Assembly (NCBI GenBank): GCA_965215195.1
Contig: CBDCDC010000002.1
Location: forward strand, 3,008,001 to 3,072,000
Direction: 5' to 3'
Length of the DNA stretch: 64,000 bases
Source of the DNA: Candidatus Latescibacterota bacterium
Lineage (GTDB): Bacteria; Latescibacterota; UBA2968; UBA8231
Each line of letters opens with the position of its first letter. The first letter of the stretch is position 1. Both the position numbers and the translations under genes were made by a program. The notes below the pieces were generated by a model. It saw nothing but the letters and a program-made list of their open reading frames with translations, did no database searches and was not told where the DNA came from. Below are positions 60,370 through 64,000 of the stretch, piece by piece.

Positions 60370-62307
60370 TCATCCCACGGTAAGGCGATTGCCCGACATG
60401 CCGTTCCAGAAATCGATAATCAGCCATAGCCCTGCCGAGGCAAACATCCCCAGCGTCATACCTAAGAAGAATGGACGCAGATGCCGATAGAGCTTGGCAC
60501 CGCCGTATTTGAGAATGAAAACCTTGAGGAGCCAAGCGATGAAGATGGAAAACCACACTTGGTAGATAGGTGCCGTCAGACCGAGAGCCATGCCCACTGG
60601 ATGGATGGGAAAACCGACAAAATGGCTTTTGATGTAGGTCATGCAGCCCATCAAGATGGCCCCGATCCCGGCAAACCCCAAGTGCCAGCCGTGTATCGGT
60701 TGGGGATTGTTGATGTTGCGGGTGATCCAGTCGCCGGCAAAGTGGGATAGGCCATTGAAGAACCACCCATCCAGATTGATTCCTCCATAGGTATAGGCTA
60801 GCGAGACGACGGACCAGATCGAGCCGATGAGGCTGGCGATGATGGCCGCCATGATCACCCAGAACAGACGGCGATATTCCAGACGCACGACCTCGGCTAT
60901 CTTCAGTCCGGTGGCAGCCGAAGCCATGACAAAAGTCCGGACGTCGGCCGCCCAGGCAAAGTTCAGACCGAGAATAGCCAGACCACCCGGTCCCACCACC
61001 GAGGAACCAAGGGCATTGACCGTCAAAACCGGGGCGGGCACCGGCGCCCGAGCATAGGCTAGGCCGGTCTGAGAAATGATGCGCGCTAGGCCGACGAAAA
61101 TCACGAGGGCCGAGATCAGGAAAATCAACGCGGGCAGCAGGTTTAGACCAGCGACTAAGAGCCAAGACAGCGCCAGCAGACTGCCGAGAAAAGTGCCGAA
61201 CACGGCCGTCCGATAGGAGAGCAATTCGGCACTATCATCGACGTGCCGATCGCCTCGGAACGCCTTGCGCAACACGTCCCTGAGATGCTGTCGGCCATTC
61301 CAGAAACTCGCGCCGACGAGGAAAAACAGAGCCCCTAGGGCCAGATGTGCAACGCTGGGAGTTCCCGGATCGGAAAAAGGCTGGATAGGCCCGATGCTCC
61401 AGCCCATCATTTGCTCGATGCCCGTCTGCAGATGGGCCAGAAAGGCGAAGAACCACACCCCGAAGGAGACGTCCAGACTGAGCAGATAGGAAAGACCGAT
61501 CACCTCAAACCGCGGCGTGAAATTGAGACTGACGGAATCGCGCAGAATAGACAGAGAAACATTTAGGTTGATCCGCGGGATGAAATTGAAGTAGGCATGC
61601 AGGGCATTGACGCTGTTGATCGCGGCGGGGATCAGGAAACCGATCCACATCAACGGATTGCGCAGAAAGGCCGGTAGCCACTTGTCCTCCTGCGGAGTGC
61701 TCATCTCTAAGGGGAGAATGGCCAGCGGAAACAGCAGCCGCTCGTGCTCAACCCACTGCTTGCGCAAGATGACCAGCAGACAGAGGGTGACGAAGTAGAT
61801 GGTGGTACTGAACAGGGACCAAGCCAGCAGCGATGTGCTCCACGCTTCCCACGGCACCCCCTCGCCGCGTGCGCTTCCCTCAAAGAGTTTCCACAGGGCC
61901 TCGCGATCTGTGGGGACCAACCATTCGGGCAGATGCGGCACGATTGCCGAGGCCCAATCATTTTCAGGGGTAGCGTAATAGAAGAAACCTCCTAGCAGGG
62001 GAATCAGGTTCATGGTGAGTCCCCAAGAAGGGATGGCCGAGGCCACGATCATCATGATGTACACGGTAGCCAGTTCGCCACTCCGCAACTGGGAACCGGT
62101 CAACAGCCTGGCAGTGGGGTTGATCAACAGGGTGAGCAGGAGAAAGAGGCAGAGGGCCGCCCCGGTGGAGAAGTCGGCAGCCAGCGCGGATCCCCTCAGA
62201 AAGAGTACGCCATAGGGTTCGCCCGCGGCGATCACCAAGCAGAAAACCAGTCCCACTAGGAATGCTCTTAGCGAGACCGAATGAGGCGCGTGTGTGGCGC
62301 GATCCAT
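60370..62307 (-). CDS. DUF6785/DUF6784 polytopic membrane protein
   Basis: Close paralog of 28104-30035 (shared IPSWGLTMNLIPLLGGFFYYATPENDWA). Confidence 0.82.
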   Translation of the reverse strand: MDRATHAPHSVSLRAFLVGLVFCLVIAAGEPYGVLFLRGSALAADFSTGAALCLFLLLTLLINPTARLLTGSQLRSGELATVYIMMIVASAIPSWGLTMNLIPLLGGFFYYATPENDWASAIVPHLPEWLVPTDREALWKLFEGSARGEGVPWEAWSTSLLAWSLFSTTIYFVTLCLLVILRKQWVEHERLLFPLAILPLEMSTPQEDKWLPAFLRNPLMWIGFLIPAAINSVNALHAYFNFIPRINLNVSLSILRDSVSLNFTPRFEVIGLSYLLSLDVSFGVWFFAFLAHLQTGIEQMMGWSIGPIQPFSDPGTPSVAHLALGALFFLVGASFWNGRQHLRDVLRKAFRGDRHVDDSAELLSYRTAVFGTFLGSLLALSWLLVAGLNLLPALIFLISALVIFVGLARIISQTGLAYARAPVPAPVLTVNALGSSVVGPGGLAILGLNFAWAADVRTFVMASAATGLKIAEVVRLEYRRLFWVIMAAIIASLIGSIWSVVSLAYTYGGINLDGWFFNGLSHFAGDWITRNINNPQPIHGWHLGFAGIGAILMGCMTYIKSHFVGFPIHPVGMALGLTAPIYQVWFSIFIAWLLKVFILKYGGAKLYRHLRPFFLGMTLGMFASAGLWLIIDFWNGMSGNRLTVG

Positions 62308-62366
62308 GCTGCATCCTCTTCGTCTGTGTTATACCCAGATAGGTAGCACTACGCATCAGAGCCTAG

Positions 62367-62475
62367 AGAAGTTATCTCATAAACGTCTAAGTACGTCATA
62401 ACCCTTGTGGTCGCCCGTCGTTTAGACAAGCGTAGAGGCTGCCCTATGGGGTTGGTGGCATGTATGAGGCTTCTA
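62367..62475. mobile_element. MITE-like element, copy 2, with a REP-like core
   Basis: AGAAGTTATCTCATAA ... TATGAGGCTTCTA ends; inverted homolog of 25015-25100; contains ACCCTTGTGGTCGCCC. Confidence 0.6.
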
Positions 62476-62487
62476 AAGACTAGACGT

Positions 62488-63993
62488 TCAAGGCGCGCTT
62501 GCCGGCTGCGGTTCGGCGTATCGCTGGAAGAGCCGTAGCTGCTGGGCCGCCCGGACCGTATCGCCTAGCGCACTATATGCCATCGCCAAGCCGTAGTGCC
62601 CGCTGGTCAGGGTGGAATCCAGCCGCAGTGCCTCCTCGAAGCGTCTGACCGCCGCACGAGGCTCCCCTTCGCGCAGATGCGCATTTCCTAGGCCGCTGTA
62701 GGCATCGGCAGCATCAGGTGCCAAGGCGAGGGCCTGTTGAAATGAGCCGCGTGCCGCCGCTGTCTCTCCCGCTACTAGCTGCGCGGTTCCCAGATTGGTC
62801 CAAGCCTGGGCGTACCCATCCTCTAGGTCCACTGCTCGCCGATAGGCCTGAATCGCCTCCTCCAGCCGGCCGAGACGGAAGTAGGCGCTGCCGAGGTTGT
62901 GCCAGGCCTCGGCGTGGCTTGGCGCAACGGCGAGTGCCTTTTCGTACTGCGCGGCCGCCCGCGCCGGCAGACCGAGTTGCGCGAGGATCGTGCCCAGGCC
63001 GATCAGGGCATTGACGTTGTGTGCATCGCTGGCCAGCAGGGAGCGGTAGTGCCGGATCGGATCGAAGTACATATTGATGCGCTCGAAAGTCTCCCTCTTC
63101 CGCTTCGCCTCGGTGGCCCGGCCCTGTCTCGTGAAGAGCAGGGAGAGCTGGTAGTGAGCCTCCGGGAAGACCGGGTTCAACTCGATGGCGCGCTGCAAAG
63201 CCGCCTCGGACGCCGCCCACTGGCCGAGTTGCGCCTGCGCTGTCCCGAGGCCGACGTGGGCCTCGACCGCGGCCGAATCGAGGCGCAAGGCCCGCTGAAA
63301 GGCCGCCACCGCTTGGCCGGTGCGTCCAAGCTGCAGCTCGGCACGACCGAGACCCGTGTGCAGCAGGGGCTCGGCGGGTGCGCGTTCCAGCCCCTGCTGT
63401 AGAAGTCGGACCCCTTCCTCACAGTCTCCGAGCTTGGCGCAGTATATCCGGCCGAGGGAGACGTAAGGCAGGACGTACTCCTCGTCCAGCTCGATCGCCT
63501 CGCGCATCTGACGCACGGCCTCTTCGTAGGCCCTCTCTTTGGAGTAGGCCACTCCGAGATTGTAGCGGGACGGTGCGTGCCCGGGCATTAGTTCGACGGC
63601 ACGGCCATACGACCGGCGCGCTTCTGCGTATCGCTGTTGGCGCAGAGCGATTAGTCCCAGCCCGCGGTGAGCGACCACATCGTCGGCATTGAGAGAGAGG
63701 GCCCGGCCGAAGGCCGCTACCGCCCTATCCTCTTGGCCAAAGAGGGACAGTACTTGGCCGGTGCCAGACCACGACCCGGCGTGACGCGAATCCGCGTGCA
63801 GAACGCGATCGAAGCAAGCCAGCGCTTCGCGATGGGCCCCGGCCTCCAGCGCCGCCACACCCAACTCGTAGCGAGCATCGAGATCGTCCGGGTCGTTCTC
63901 GACGGCCTGCCGGCTGGCAGTTAGACGGGCCGCGGGGTCGGCCGGTGCTGTTTCGCATCCGAGTCCGGCCAGCAGGGCCAAGATCCCTGCCAC
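62488..63993 (-). CDS. Tetratricopeptide-repeat protein (frame open to the window edge)
   Basis: Many 34-aa TPR units (AWHNLGSAY..GR.EEAI.AY.RA); possible lipobox LAGLGC. Confidence 0.88.
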   Translation of the reverse strand: MAGILALLAGLGCETAPADPAARLTASRQAVENDPDDLDARYELGVAALEAGAHREALACFDRVLHADSRHAGSWSGTGQVLSLFGQEDRAVAAFGRALSLNADDVVAHRGLGLIALRQQRYAEARRSYGRAVELMPGHAPSRYNLGVAYSKERAYEEAVRQMREAIELDEEYVLPYVSLGRIYCAKLGDCEEGVRLLQQGLERAPAEPLLHTGLGRAELQLGRTGQAVAAFQRALRLDSAAVEAHVGLGTAQAQLGQWAASEAALQRAIELNPVFPEAHYQLSLLFTRQGRATEAKRKRETFERINMYFDPIRHYRSLLASDAHNVNALIGLGTILAQLGLPARAAAQYEKALAVAPSHAEAWHNLGSAYFRLGRLEEAIQAYRRAVDLEDGYAQAWTNLGTAQLVAGETAAARGSFQQALALAPDAADAYSGLGNAHLREGEPRAAVRRFEEALRLDSTLTSGHYGLAMAYSALGDTVRAAQQLRLFQRYAEPQPASAP

Positions 63994-64000
63994 GCGGCAA

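Noticed and set aside
60338-61165. 276-aa N-terminal extension of the CRTAC1 ORF
   Set aside because: It overlaps the DUF6785 gene in another frame; a proper lipoprotein signal starts at 60337

Overview
High-GC bacterial chromosome segment with no rRNA, tRNA or CRISPR array seen. The gene content (FlgD-Ig/CHU_C-tailed secreted proteins, DUF6785-type permeases, a C-terminal 'TWGxIK' motif, phytanoyl-CoA dioxygenase, sulfatase, CRTAC1/TPR proteins) suggests, by inference only, a Candidatus Latescibacterota-like organism. Bases 1-43 kb are a mosaic of intact catabolic and housekeeping genes (aldo/keto reductases, amidohydrolase, Zn dehydrogenases, pyrD, hemB, sulfatase) interleaved with defence or mobile passengers, many decayed: two IS982-family copies (one disrupts a gene), a PLD-nuclease/P-loop fusion, an AAA/PD-(D/E)XK gene, DUF5131, one intact and two broken toxin-antitoxin pairs, a deletion-damaged type II R-M pair, tandem metalloprotease paralogs and MITE/REP-like repeats. 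Bases 43.4-64 kb form a co-oriented minus-strand cell-envelope cluster (TPR, 2x DUF6785 permease, CRTAC1-like, lipoproteins, TWG-motif protein, 3 discoidin/FlgD proteins, a putative beta-barrel with Ca-binding loops, PPIase). This cluster is the best candidate for an undescribed surface capture/uptake or secretion system. The sequence also appears depleted of CCWGG and enriched in its deamination products. Family assignments come from motif recognition by eye; no database search was run.
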